Assembly (NCBI GenBank): GCA_963720755.1
Contig: CAVRGP010000006.1
Location: forward strand, 32,001-96,000
Origin: an uncultured Chloroflexia bacterium
GTDB lineage: Bacteria > Chloroflexota > Limnocylindria > Limnocylindrales > CSP1-4
Reading direction: 5' to 3'
DNA: 64,000 nucleotides
A model generated the notes under the pieces. That model searched no databases. It was given only the letters and a program-made list of their open reading frames with translations, and was not told the DNA's origin. Position 1 is the stretch's first letter. Every line of letters starts with the position of its first letter. This document shows, piece after piece, positions 47,598 to 56,739 of the stretch. The translations under genes and the position numbers were made by a program.

Positions 47598-47620
47598 TCT
47601 CAGGAAACCCTCAGAAAACT
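47598..47620 (+). promoter_or_regulatory. Candidate OmpR/PhoB-family (MprA-like) binding site upstream of the moxR operon
   Basis: TCTCAGGAAAC-CCTCAGAAAAC direct repeat with 11-bp period. Confidence 0.5.
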
Positions 47621-47690
47621 CCGCGAACGTCGAGGAACACCCACACGCTTACCTGCGTGTCGACGCCCTCAACGCACCTCGGAGACATTC

Positions 47691-48734
47691 ATGACCGACT
47701 CGTCCTCGACCGCCAAGCCTTCCCAGACCGACCTTCGGGCGCTCCCCGACCCGGCCGATCCGCGCGCCACCGCCGAAGCGATCATGTTCGAGATCCGGCG
47801 CATCATCGTCGGGCAGGACGAGATGCTCGAGCGGATCCTGGTGGGCCTGCTGAGCGGCGGCCACCTCCTGCTTGAAGGCGTCCCGGGTCTGGCCAAGACA
47901 CTGACGATCAAAACCCTGGCCGACATCCTCGGCGGCACGTTCAAGCGGATCCAGTTCACCCCGGATCTCATGCCGTCCGACCTCGTCGGGACCCGGATCT
48001 ACCGTCCCGATCAGGGCGGCTTCGAAGTCGAGCCCGGCCCCGTCTTCGCCAACTTCCTGCTCGCCGACGAGATCAACCGGGCCCCGGCCAAGGTCCAGTC
48101 CGCTCTCCTCGAGGTCATGCAGGAGCACCAGGTCACGATCGGCCACGAGACGTTCAAGGTCCCGACCCCATTCCTCGTCCTGGCCACGGAGAACCCGATC
48201 GAGGCGGAGGGGACCTACCCGCTGCCCGAGGCCCAGGTGGATCGGTTCATGCTCAAGATCCTGCTCGACTACCCGAACCCGACCGACGAGGCGCAGATCG
48301 TGGCTCGATCCCTCGTCCCGCCCGCGCCGTCTCGCGAGATCCTCGATCCGGCCGGCCTGCTCCGGCTCCAGCAGACGGTGTCGGAGGTGTACGTCGACCC
48401 GCGACTGATCAGCTATGCGGTCGGCCTCGTCGAGGCGACCCGCAAATTGACCTATTGGGGCGCGCCCGAACTCGAAAGCTACGTCTCCTACGGGGCGAGC
48501 CCGCGAGGCTCGATCAACCTCATCCACGGTGCTCGAGCCATGGCCCTGCTCCATGGCCGCCGCTACGTCCTGCCGTCGGACATCAGCGCCCTCGCGCCCG
48601 ATGTCCTTCGCCATCGACTGGTGATGAGCTACAGCGCCCTGGCCGACGGGATCACGCCGGACGCGGTCATCCAGCGAGTCCTCCAGCTCGTCCCGGCACC
48701 GCGCCTGGAGATGGCGATGGAGCCGACTGCGTGA
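47691..48734 (+). CDS. moxR: MoxR family AAA+ ATPase
   Basis: LLEGVPGLAKT, RIQFTPDLMPSD, LADEINRAPAKVQSALLE, EGTYPLPEAQVDRF, GASPR. Confidence 0.96.
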   Translation: MTDSSSTAKPSQTDLRALPDPADPRATAEAIMFEIRRIIVGQDEMLERILVGLLSGGHLLLEGVPGLAKTLTIKTLADILGGTFKRIQFTPDLMPSDLVGTRIYRPDQGGFEVEPGPVFANFLLADEINRAPAKVQSALLEVMQEHQVTIGHETFKVPTPFLVLATENPIEAEGTYPLPEAQVDRFMLKILLDYPNPTDEAQIVARSLVPPAPSREILDPAGLLRLQQTVSEVYVDPRLISYAVGLVEATRKLTYWGAPELESYVSYGASPRGSINLIHGARAMALLHGRRYVLPSDISALAPDVLRHRLVMSYSALADGITPDAVIQRVLQLVPAPRLEMAMEPTA

Positions 48735-49708
48735 CGGTCGCTACCCCCGCCGCGCGCCCGGCTTCGGACCTCGCCCGCATCATCGGTCGCGAACGGACTC
48801 CGGCCCGACCCGGACCCGGCCCCATCGCCGACCGGCTCGTCCGTCAACTCGAGCTCAGCCTGGACCGTCGGGTCGGTGGCCAGATGAGCGGCGACCACCT
48901 CGGGGTCGGGCACGGCGCGGGCATGGAGCTCGACCGGATCCGTCCGTACGAGCCCGGCGATGACGTCCGCAGGATCGACTGGAACGCCACTGCCAGGACG
49001 CTGGTCCCACAGGTCCGCGAGGACGTGCCGGATCGACAGGTCACCGCGTGGCTGCTGCTGGATCACTCCCCATCGATGCACTTCGGCACGCACGATCGAC
49101 GGAAGACCGATGTCGCTGAGGGTGTGGCGCTCGTCGTCGGTCGGTTCGCGGCCCGCCGGGGCAATCGACTCGGCATCGTCACCTTCGGCGCCGGTCGAGA
49201 GACGGTCACGCCGCCCGCCGGAGGCCGCCTGGGCATGCTCGGACTGTTGCGGGCCGTCGCCACGGAGCCACCCGAGGAGGGCCACGGACCCACCTCGCCG
49301 GCCCGGGCGCTCGCGCTCGTCGGCGCGATCCGGACGACCCCCGGCGTCGTGATCGTCGTGTCCGACTTCCGCGGCCCACGTGACTGGATCCCGGCCCTCA
49401 CAGAGATCGCGGGACGGCATTCGGTCGTCGCACTCGAGATCGTGGATCCGCGGGAGGACCAGCTCGTCGATGTCGGCGAGCTGACCCTGGTCGATCCGGA
49501 GACGGGCCGATCACTCCGCGTGGACACCGGTGATCATCGGCTCCGAGCTGCCTTCGACGAGGCGGCGACCGAGGATCGCACGTCACTCTCCCGCGCCTTC
49601 CGCCGACTGGCCGTCCGTCACCTCCGGGTATCGACCGACGGGCCGTGGCTCCCGACCCTCGCCCAGGGCTTCACCCGCAATCCAGAACGCACAGGACGAA
49701 CGGCATGA
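48731..49708 (+). CDS. DUF58 domain protein
   Basis: RPYEPGDDVRRIDWNATAR, LDHSPSM, VSDF; GTGA overlap with moxR. Confidence 0.92.
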   Translation: MTVATPAARPASDLARIIGRERTPARPGPGPIADRLVRQLELSLDRRVGGQMSGDHLGVGHGAGMELDRIRPYEPGDDVRRIDWNATARTLVPQVREDVPDRQVTAWLLLDHSPSMHFGTHDRRKTDVAEGVALVVGRFAARRGNRLGIVTFGAGRETVTPPAGGRLGMLGLLRAVATEPPEEGHGPTSPARALALVGAIRTTPGVVIVVSDFRGPRDWIPALTEIAGRHSVVALEIVDPREDQLVDVGELTLVDPETGRSLRVDTGDHRLRAAFDEAATEDRTSLSRAFRRLAVRHLRVSTDGPWLPTLAQGFTRNPERTGRTA

Positions 49709-50757
49709 CCTTCCTTCAACCAGAACTCCTCCTCCTCGGCCTGCTGCTGATCCCGATCGCGGTGGCCTTCTACCTCTGGGCGCAGCGTCGCCGGACGCGG
49801 TATGCGGTCCGGTTCACCAATCTGGACCTCCTCGCCAACCTGGCTGCGAAGCGACCCGCCTGGCGACGGCATCTCCCACCCCTGCTCTACCTGGGCGCGA
49901 TCGCCGCGCTCCTGATCGGGCTCGCCCGGCCGACGATGGTCGTCCAGGTGCCGCGCGAGGACGCCACGGTCATCCTGGCGATGGATGTCTCGGGCTCGAT
50001 GCGCGCGACCGATGTCTCGCCGACCCGACTCGATGCCGCCAAGGCCGCCGCGCTCTCGTTCATCGATCAGCTGCCGGACAACATCCGGGTCGGGATCGTG
50101 TCGTTCGCCTCGGAGCCGACCACCCTGGTCAGCCCGACCAGCGACCGCGAACAGCTCAAGGCCGCGATCGACGGGCTGACCGCCCGTGACGGAACGGCCA
50201 TGGGCGATGCGCTCATGCAGGTCCTCGACGTCGCCGAGCGGATCCAGGCACAGGGGGCGGAAACACCGGACACGTCGGCCACGCCGACGCCGGCCGCCAC
50301 ACCCGGAACATCGCCCGTGCCGGGCTCCCCGGCCGATCAGCCGTCCGGGCAGCCACTCGTCGCCGCGATCCTCCTGTCGGACGGGGCGAATTCGACCGGC
50401 CAGACCGAACCGCTCGATGCCGCGAACCGGGCCAGGACCCTCGGCGTCCCGATCTACACGATCGCGCTCGGTACGCCCAGTGGCACCGTCCAGGTCCGCA
50501 ACGATTTCGGACAGATCGTGACCCTGGACGTCCCGCCCGACACCCAGACGCTCCAGGCGATCGCCGATACGACTGGCGGGACCGCGTTCGATGCGCCGAC
50601 CGCCCAGGACCTCGCCAGCGTCTACGACCATCTCGAGTCCCGGGTCGGGTACACGGAGGAGCGCCAGGAGGTCACCTACGCACTGGTGGCGGCCGGGCTC
50701 GTCCTGGTCCTGGTCGGGGCCGGGATGTCGGCGGTGTGGTTCGGCCGGCTGCCGTAG
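49705..50757 (+). CDS. VWA domain membrane protein (BatA-like)
   Basis: LARP, MIDAS motif DVSGSM, GTAMGDA, LLSDG, C-terminal TM. Confidence 0.92.
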   Translation: MTFLQPELLLLGLLLIPIAVAFYLWAQRRRTRYAVRFTNLDLLANLAAKRPAWRRHLPPLLYLGAIAALLIGLARPTMVVQVPREDATVILAMDVSGSMRATDVSPTRLDAAKAAALSFIDQLPDNIRVGIVSFASEPTTLVSPTSDREQLKAAIDGLTARDGTAMGDALMQVLDVAERIQAQGAETPDTSATPTPAATPGTSPVPGSPADQPSGQPLVAAILLSDGANSTGQTEPLDAANRARTLGVPIYTIALGTPSGTVQVRNDFGQIVTLDVPPDTQTLQAIADTTGGTAFDAPTAQDLASVYDHLESRVGYTEERQEVTYALVAAGLVLVLVGAGMSAVWFGRLP

Positions 50758-50774
50758 GGAGTACGCTCCGGCTC

Positions 50775-52052
50775 ATGACGCTGCACCGGACATTCGACCC
50801 TCAGGCGCTCCGAGCGGAGTTCCCGGCGCTCGCCCGCCGGCAGGATGGGCAGGAGGTCGTCTTCCTCGACGGGCCGGGCGGCACGCAGGTCCCGCAACGC
50901 GTCATCGACGCGGTCGTCGGCTACTACCGCGATTCGAACGCGAACGACGGCGGGGCATTCGCGACGAGCCAGGCATCGGTGGCGATCGTGGGCGAGGCCC
51001 GCGCAGCGATCGCCGACTTCGTGGGGGCCGCCAGCCCTGACGAGATCAAGTTCGGCCAGAACATGACCAGCCTGACCCTCCATCTCGGTCGATCGATCGG
51101 CGCGACGCTTGGCCCCGGTGACGAGATCGTCGTCACGACGCTGGACCACGAGGCCAACGTCAGCCCATGGCGGGCGATGGCCGCCGACCGCGGGGTGACC
51201 GTCCACACGGTCGACATCCATCTGGACGACTGCACGCTCGATCTCGAGGACCTGGAGTCGAAACTGTCGTCGCGGACGAAACTTGTCGCCGTCGGCTATG
51301 CCAGCAACGCCGTCGGCACGATCAACCCCGTTGCGGAGATCGTCGCCCGGGCGCATGAAGTCGGCGCCCTCGCCTTCGTCGACGCCGTGGCCTTCGCGCC
51401 CCATGGCCCGATCGATGTCCAGGCGCTGGATACGGACTTCCTGGCCTGCTCCGCCTACAAGTGGTTCGGGCCACACCTGGGCATCCTGTATGGCAAAGCC
51501 GACGCGTTCGATCGACTACCGACCTACAAGGTCCGGCCGGCCCACGACCGATGGGAGACCGGGACCCAGTCCTTCGAGTCGATCGCCGGCGCCTGCGCGG
51601 CTACCGACTACCTGCGAGACGTGGGCCGCGAGTACGGCGATGTGGCCGGGGCTCCGGGGGCTGCCAGCGCCAGCGAACGACGCCGCGAACTGGTCGCCGC
51701 CATGGTCGCGATCGCCGCGTACGAACGGACGCTCGTCACCCGCCTGGTCGAGGGGCTTGTGACGATCGCTGGCGTCTCGATCCACGGCATCACCGACGAT
51801 TCCCGCTTTGACGCCCGGGTGCCGACCGTGTCGGTCTCGATCGATGGGGTACCGCCGCGGGTCGCCGCCGAGGCCCTCGCGCGCGACGGCATCTACGCCT
51901 GGGATGGCGACTTCTATGCGACCGGGCTGATCGAGCGCCTGGGCAAGGCGGATGCGGGCGGCGTCCTCCGCCTCGGGCTGGTCCACTACAACACGGTCAC
52001 GGAGGTCGATCGGACGATCGACGCGCTGACCCGGATCGCTGGCCGAGCCTGA
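50775..52052 (+). CDS. Cysteine desulfurase-like protein (class V aminotransferase, VC1184 type)
   Basis: FLDGPGGTQVP, LDHEANVSPW, ASNAVG, CSAYKWFGPH, HYNT. Confidence 0.92.
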   Translation: MTLHRTFDPQALRAEFPALARRQDGQEVVFLDGPGGTQVPQRVIDAVVGYYRDSNANDGGAFATSQASVAIVGEARAAIADFVGAASPDEIKFGQNMTSLTLHLGRSIGATLGPGDEIVVTTLDHEANVSPWRAMAADRGVTVHTVDIHLDDCTLDLEDLESKLSSRTKLVAVGYASNAVGTINPVAEIVARAHEVGALAFVDAVAFAPHGPIDVQALDTDFLACSAYKWFGPHLGILYGKADAFDRLPTYKVRPAHDRWETGTQSFESIAGACAATDYLRDVGREYGDVAGAPGAASASERRRELVAAMVAIAAYERTLVTRLVEGLVTIAGVSIHGITDDSRFDARVPTVSVSIDGVPPRVAAEALARDGIYAWDGDFYATGLIERLGKADAGGVLRLGLVHYNTVTEVDRTIDALTRIAGRA

Positions 52053-52058
52053 CGGTCC

Positions 52059-52505
52059 GTGGCGCCTCGACCCTCCGTCCGGAGCCGGCTCGCCCGTCCG
52101 TTCGATCCGACCGAGCTGCGCCGGATCAAGCGACTGTGGGTCCGCCACTCCATCGCGGAGGACGCGCGTGACATCGACGGGCTGATCGCGACGCTCGCCG
52201 AGGATTGCGTCTACGAGATCGTGCCGACCGGCCAGCGTTGGGACGGTCATGCCGGAGCCCGCGCCTTCTATACGGAACTCTTTGCGGCCTTTCCCGACAA
52301 TGCCTTCGCCCTGTCGGAGATCGTCATCGGACCGCAGGGAGCGTTCGAGGTGGCGACCCTGACCGGCACGAACACCGGGCCGTGGGCGGGGGTCCCTCCA
52401 TCCGGCCTCGCGGTCGCGCTGGAGGTCATCATCCTGTTCCCGTGGGATCCGGTGACGGAACGCTTCACCGGCGAGCGGATCTGGTTCGACCGAGGATCCG
52501 TCTAG
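52059..52505 (+). CDS. SnoaL-like/NTF2-fold ester cyclase family protein
   Basis: GARAFYTELFAAFPD, GTNTGPWAGVPPSG, GERIWFD. Confidence 0.85.
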   Translation: MAPRPSVRSRLARPFDPTELRRIKRLWVRHSIAEDARDIDGLIATLAEDCVYEIVPTGQRWDGHAGARAFYTELFAAFPDNAFALSEIVIGPQGAFEVATLTGTNTGPWAGVPPSGLAVALEVIILFPWDPVTERFTGERIWFDRGSV

Positions 52506-52539
52506 GGGCCGCCCCGGCCAGATCCAGTCCTGGACACCA

Positions 52540-55407
52540 CTACCAGGCGGCGAACGTCCAGATCCCCGGATCGGGCTCCGGTTCACCCTCACCGATCTCG
52601 GCGAACAGCGCGACGGCGCGCTTGAGGTGCTCCATCGACTCCTCCTGACGGCCCGAGCCATGGAGGATGTCGGCGAGGTGGTTCTCGACCGCTGCCTCAA
52701 GGTGCCGGTCACCGATCCGTCGACACGCATCGATCGCGCGGGTCGCGTCCGTTACCGCGTCGTCCGTTGCGCCGGCGGCCCCGAGCGTGAGGCTCATGGC
52801 AGCGTTCGCAGCGATCCAGGCGGTCGGGTCCGGATCGTCTGCTGCGAGCTGGAGGCTTCGCTCGAGCGCATCCCGGGCACCCGCCAGATCGCCTCGCGCC
52901 TGGGCCACCAAACCGACCAGGCGCTCCGCCCGGCCGCGCAGATGCGGATCACCGACACGATCGGCGGCGGCGAGTGCCTCGGCAGACAGCGTCGCGGCGG
53001 AATCGAGTTCGCCGGCCCGAAGCGCCACGACCGTCCTCTCGGCGAGGGCAGCCGCCCGCAGGACGTCAGGGATGGCTCCGGTCGCCAGGACCGCATCGAG
53101 GTGGCTGGCCGCTGCCATGAGATCGCCGCGACGACGATGGACGCGACCGAGGGTGATCTCGATCTCGGGCAGATCGGTCCCTTGGGCGAGGGCGGCCGCG
53201 GTCTCGAGTGCGGTGATCGCAGCCGGGTACTCCCCGAGGCGGGCGTGGAGCTCGCCGATCCTCGCATGCAGCAGCGGGCGACCGACGTAGCCGAGCGCGA
53301 TGGCCGCCGCCAGGAAGTCGATCGCCTCCTGATTGGCGAAGACCGCCTCCGCCCGGTCCGCCGCCTCGACGAATGCCTCGGCGGCTTCCTCGGGCCGCCC
53401 TGCGGCTCGTTCGTGTCGGGCGATCAGGGCGTGTCGGGCAAGATCGTCCAGGCTCGAGACACCATGGCTGAGGCGCAACGCCTCGGCGATCCGGCGATGC
53501 AGCAACCGCCGACGCGCCTGGCTGGTTGCCTCGTACACGACGTCGCGGATCCGGCCATGGGCGAAGTCGTACCGAACGGACAGCGCGGCGCCTTCAGGCA
53601 TCTCGCGAACGAGGCCGCGCCGGACGACCTCGTCCATCGCTTCCACGGTCTCCTCTTCCGACCGACCACTAGCGGCCCGGACCGTCGCGAGATCGAACGA
53701 CCGGCCGATCACGGCCGCCGCCGTGAGGATCTGCGCGGCCGTCTCACTCACGGAGCCGACCCGTTCACGCAACAGCGCGTTGATCCCTCGGGGCATCGAG
53801 CCGCTCGTGGGGTCGGCGCTGGCGAGCGCTGCGACCACATGCAGCGGCACCCCCTCCGAATCCGCGGCGAGCGCATCGATCAGGTCATCCGCTGGATCTT
53901 CGTCCGGTCGCGTCGCTCGGAGCATCGCCGCGATGTCGTTCCGTTCGAGGCGCCCGAGCGTGATGTGGGTCGAAGACGGCAGGCTGGCCAGGTCCGCTGC
54001 CGTGGCCTCGCCGCCAGCAGTCAGGTCTTCGCGTCGCCATGCGACGAGGAGGAGCATCGGGCGACCGGCCAGACGATGGGCGAGGTATTCGATCGCTTCG
54101 CGGGTCGGATCGTCCGCCAGGTGGAGGTCGTCGATCCAGATCAGCCCGGGCGTTTGCCCGCTGACGAGGACCGAGAGCGCCACCACGATCGCATCGAGCA
54201 GACGGACCTTGGCGCTGGCGCGATCGACGCTGCTCGCACCAGTCGCACCCCCGACCCGGAGCGGAGCCGGCAGACTGATCAGGCGGCCCAACTCCCCCCG
54301 GGCGGTCGGGTCGAGCGAGGCGAGCCGCTTCAGCCCATCGGGGTCGGCGATGCCCGCCTGGAGGAGCTGTGCGATCGGACCGTAGGCGATCGCGCCTTCC
54401 CCCTGGTACCCACGGGCGGCCAGCACGTTGCTGCCGCCGGCGCGGATCGTGGCCGCGGCAGCATCGCCAAGGCGGGTCTTGCCGATGCCGACCTCGCCTT
54501 CGAGCATGACGATCCGACCATCGACCACGGCTCCGTTCCATGCCGATCGGATCATCGAGAGTTCCCGCTCACGGCCGATGATCGGCGTGACAGTGGCTGC
54601 CGGGATCGCACTCCCGTCGCTGGCAACGCTCGCCTCGGCCGACGTGGCGACGACGACTCGCGATCGCTCGTCGGTCAGGCGCCCTTCGCGGACCGAGTCG
54701 TACAGCTCGCTCGTTTCCCGCAATGGGGCCACACCGAGCTCGCGGTCGAACAGGGCCACGAGCTCCCGATACTGGCGGATCGCCCCCGTCCGATCGCCGG
54801 CGAGCGCGAGTAACTCGATGAGGCGTCGCTGGCCGAGCTCGTCGAGCGGGTCGAGATCGACCCGGCGTCGGGCTGCCTCGATCGCCCCGTTGACGTCGCC
54901 GCCCGAGAAGCGGGCGGCCGCGAGCCGCTCGTAGAGGTTGCCGAACAGGCGCTCCGTCCGGGCGGCCGTGGCCGCCTGCCAATCGTCGAACGCCGGGCTG
55001 TCACGCAGCGCGAACCCCGCCAGGAACGGTCCGCGGATGAGCCCCACGGCCGACTCGAGGTCGGAGATCCGTTCGGACGTCGCGAGTCGCTCGACCGAAG
55101 ACAGATCGACATCAGTTCTCGCAACGTCGATGGCGACCCGCGTCCGCTCGATGATGAGACCAGGGTCGCCGACGGCGGACCTGAGTGCCGAAAGCGTTCG
55201 GCGTAGCGCGCCGCGGGCAGACTCATCGTCCGCATCCGGCCAGAACATCGCAGCGAGTTCGTCCCGCGCGAATGGGCGGCCCTCGGCAGCCACGAGAGCC
55301 ACGATGGCCATGGCCTTGCGGGTGTCGACCGAGATCGGACGACCATCCACGCTCACTTCCAGTGGGCCGAGGAGGCGGATGGAGAGAGTGTTCGCTCGGC
55401 GGGTCAC
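52540..55407 (-). CDS. SARP-type (wHTH-BTAD) STAND regulator with AAA ATPase and TPR domains
   Basis: IRLLGPLEV, RDELAAMFWPD, DPLDE, IGREREL, Walker A GEVGIGKT, IDDLHLAD, GVPL, YDFAH, TPR tail. GTG start 6 nt after TACCGT. Confidence 0.92.
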   Translation of the reverse strand: MTRRANTLSIRLLGPLEVSVDGRPISVDTRKAMAIVALVAAEGRPFARDELAAMFWPDADDESARGALRRTLSALRSAVGDPGLIIERTRVAIDVARTDVDLSSVERLATSERISDLESAVGLIRGPFLAGFALRDSPAFDDWQAATAARTERLFGNLYERLAAARFSGGDVNGAIEAARRRVDLDPLDELGQRRLIELLALAGDRTGAIRQYRELVALFDRELGVAPLRETSELYDSVREGRLTDERSRVVVATSAEASVASDGSAIPAATVTPIIGRERELSMIRSAWNGAVVDGRIVMLEGEVGIGKTRLGDAAAATIRAGGSNVLAARGYQGEGAIAYGPIAQLLQAGIADPDGLKRLASLDPTARGELGRLISLPAPLRVGGATGASSVDRASAKVRLLDAIVVALSVLVSGQTPGLIWIDDLHLADDPTREAIEYLAHRLAGRPMLLLVAWRREDLTAGGEATAADLASLPSSTHITLGRLERNDIAAMLRATRPDEDPADDLIDALAADSEGVPLHVVAALASADPTSGSMPRGINALLRERVGSVSETAAQILTAAAVIGRSFDLATVRAASGRSEEETVEAMDEVVRRGLVREMPEGAALSVRYDFAHGRIRDVVYEATSQARRRLLHRRIAEALRLSHGVSSLDDLARHALIARHERAAGRPEEAAEAFVEAADRAEAVFANQEAIDFLAAAIALGYVGRPLLHARIGELHARLGEYPAAITALETAAALAQGTDLPEIEITLGRVHRRRGDLMAAASHLDAVLATGAIPDVLRAAALAERTVVALRAGELDSAATLSAEALAAADRVGDPHLRGRAERLVGLVAQARGDLAGARDALERSLQLAADDPDPTAWIAANAAMSLTLGAAGATDDAVTDATRAIDACRRIGDRHLEAAVENHLADILHGSGRQEESMEHLKRAVALFAEIGEGEPEPDPGIWTFAAW

Positions 55408-55437
55408 CGCGTAACGGTACTGGACCGGTGCCAGATC

Positions 55438-55457
55438 TCGTAACGATGTCCGAACGA
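55438..55457 (+). promoter_or_regulatory. Candidate operator copy 1 (TCGTAACGATGTCCGAACGA)
   Basis: 18/20 identical to 60356..60375; internal AACGA repeat with 11-bp period; lies between the divergent regulator and the array. Confidence 0.65.
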
Positions 55458-55627
55458 TGGATGTGGATGATGCGCGAGATGGGATCGAGTCAAGCCGCTG
55501 TGAACCCGCCGCGGGCGGCCGCCCCGCGGGCGGCCGCCCCGCGGTCATCGCCAACGCCGTCGGTCGCTCTGGCGTTCGCCGTCTCAGGCCTCGTCGTGAG
55601 GGTCGGCGCGATCCGGGCGGACCGCCG

Positions 55628-56739
55628 GTGAGCCGGGGCCGTCTCGCATGGGCGATCGCCATCGTCGACATCGTGGCGATCTTGATCGTGAGCGTGGTCG
55701 ACCCGAACCTCGACGGAGCTTCAGGCCTCCTGTATGCGGTTGGGATCGCCTCGTTCGTGCTTGTTGGAGCGTTGTTGCGCTCGCGCGTCCCCGACAATCC
55801 GATCGGCGGACTCCTGATCATCGCCGGAACCCTGCTCGTGGTGTCTGTGAGCATCGGCACCTACTCGGATCTCGCGGTCCTGCGCACTCCGCCGTGGCCC
55901 GCGGCCAGCCTCGCCCGAACGATCGGTGACGCGACGTTCATCTACCCGTTCGCGATCGCCTTCATCGGGATCCCGCTCGTGTTCCCGGACGGCCATCTGC
56001 CGTCGCCACGCTTCCGATGGGTCGCCTGGCTCGCGATCGCTGACGGGGTCGCCTGGGCTTCAGGAGCGCTCCTCTCGACGCCGACCGACGGCTTCGTCCT
56101 GATCGCAACGATCGTGAGCTTCAGCGGCGCCATGATCGCCGTCGGGCTCCGGTTCCGACATGGGAACGCCGTTGAGCGCCAGCAGGTCAAGTGGCCCCTG
56201 GCCACGGCGGGTTTGGGTGTCTTGGCCCTCGCAGGGAGCTTGTTCACGGTCGAGGTGTCCCCGGACCTCTCCAACGCCTTCGACATTGTCGGCATCCTGG
56301 TCTTCTTCGCCTTGCCGGTGGTGATCGGCACAGCCATCCTGCGCTATCGGCTGTACGAGATCGACCGGATCGTGTCCCGGACGATCGGCTATGGCCTGGT
56401 GACCGGGGTGCTGGTGATCGTCTTCGCCGGTGCGGTCATCGCCTTCGAGGCGATCCTGGCCGGGGTGACCGATACCGGTGGGGAGACCCTTGCGGTAGCC
56501 GGTTCCACGTTGCTCGCGTTCGCCCTGTTCCAGCCGTTGCGGCGGCGGGTCCAGCGGGCGGTCGATCGACGGTTCGATCGGAGCCGCTATGACGGGGAGC
56601 GGACGAGTGCCGCGTTCAGTCCGAACGCTTGCGCGATGAGGTCGACCTGGCCACGGTCACCGCCGATCTCGATGCCACCGTCCGGGGTGTCATGGCACCG
56701 ACCGCGATGAGCGTCTGGCTGCGGGGGGCGGGGCGGTGA
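55628..56739 (+). CDS. Multi-pass membrane receptor paralog 1 (ends in N-terminal part of GAF); 2-nt insertion at 56621-56622 shifts the last ~40 codons
   Basis: RVPDNPIGGLL, FPDGHLPSPRFRW, ERQQVKW, LRYRLYEIDR. Removing CC restores ERLRDEVDL..SVWLR and a TGA at 56737-56739 overlapping the next start. Confidence 0.85.
56333..56726 (+). repeat. ~392-bp constant region, copy in paralog 1
   Basis: Near-identical to 57516..57907 and 59914..60305. Confidence 0.95.

Noticed and set aside
44249-52505. TldD/PmbA plus SnoaL and aminotransferase as a RiPP or natural-product cluster
   Set aside because: No precursor peptide, YcaO, radical SAM or synthase gene; these genes are common housekeeping neighbours.
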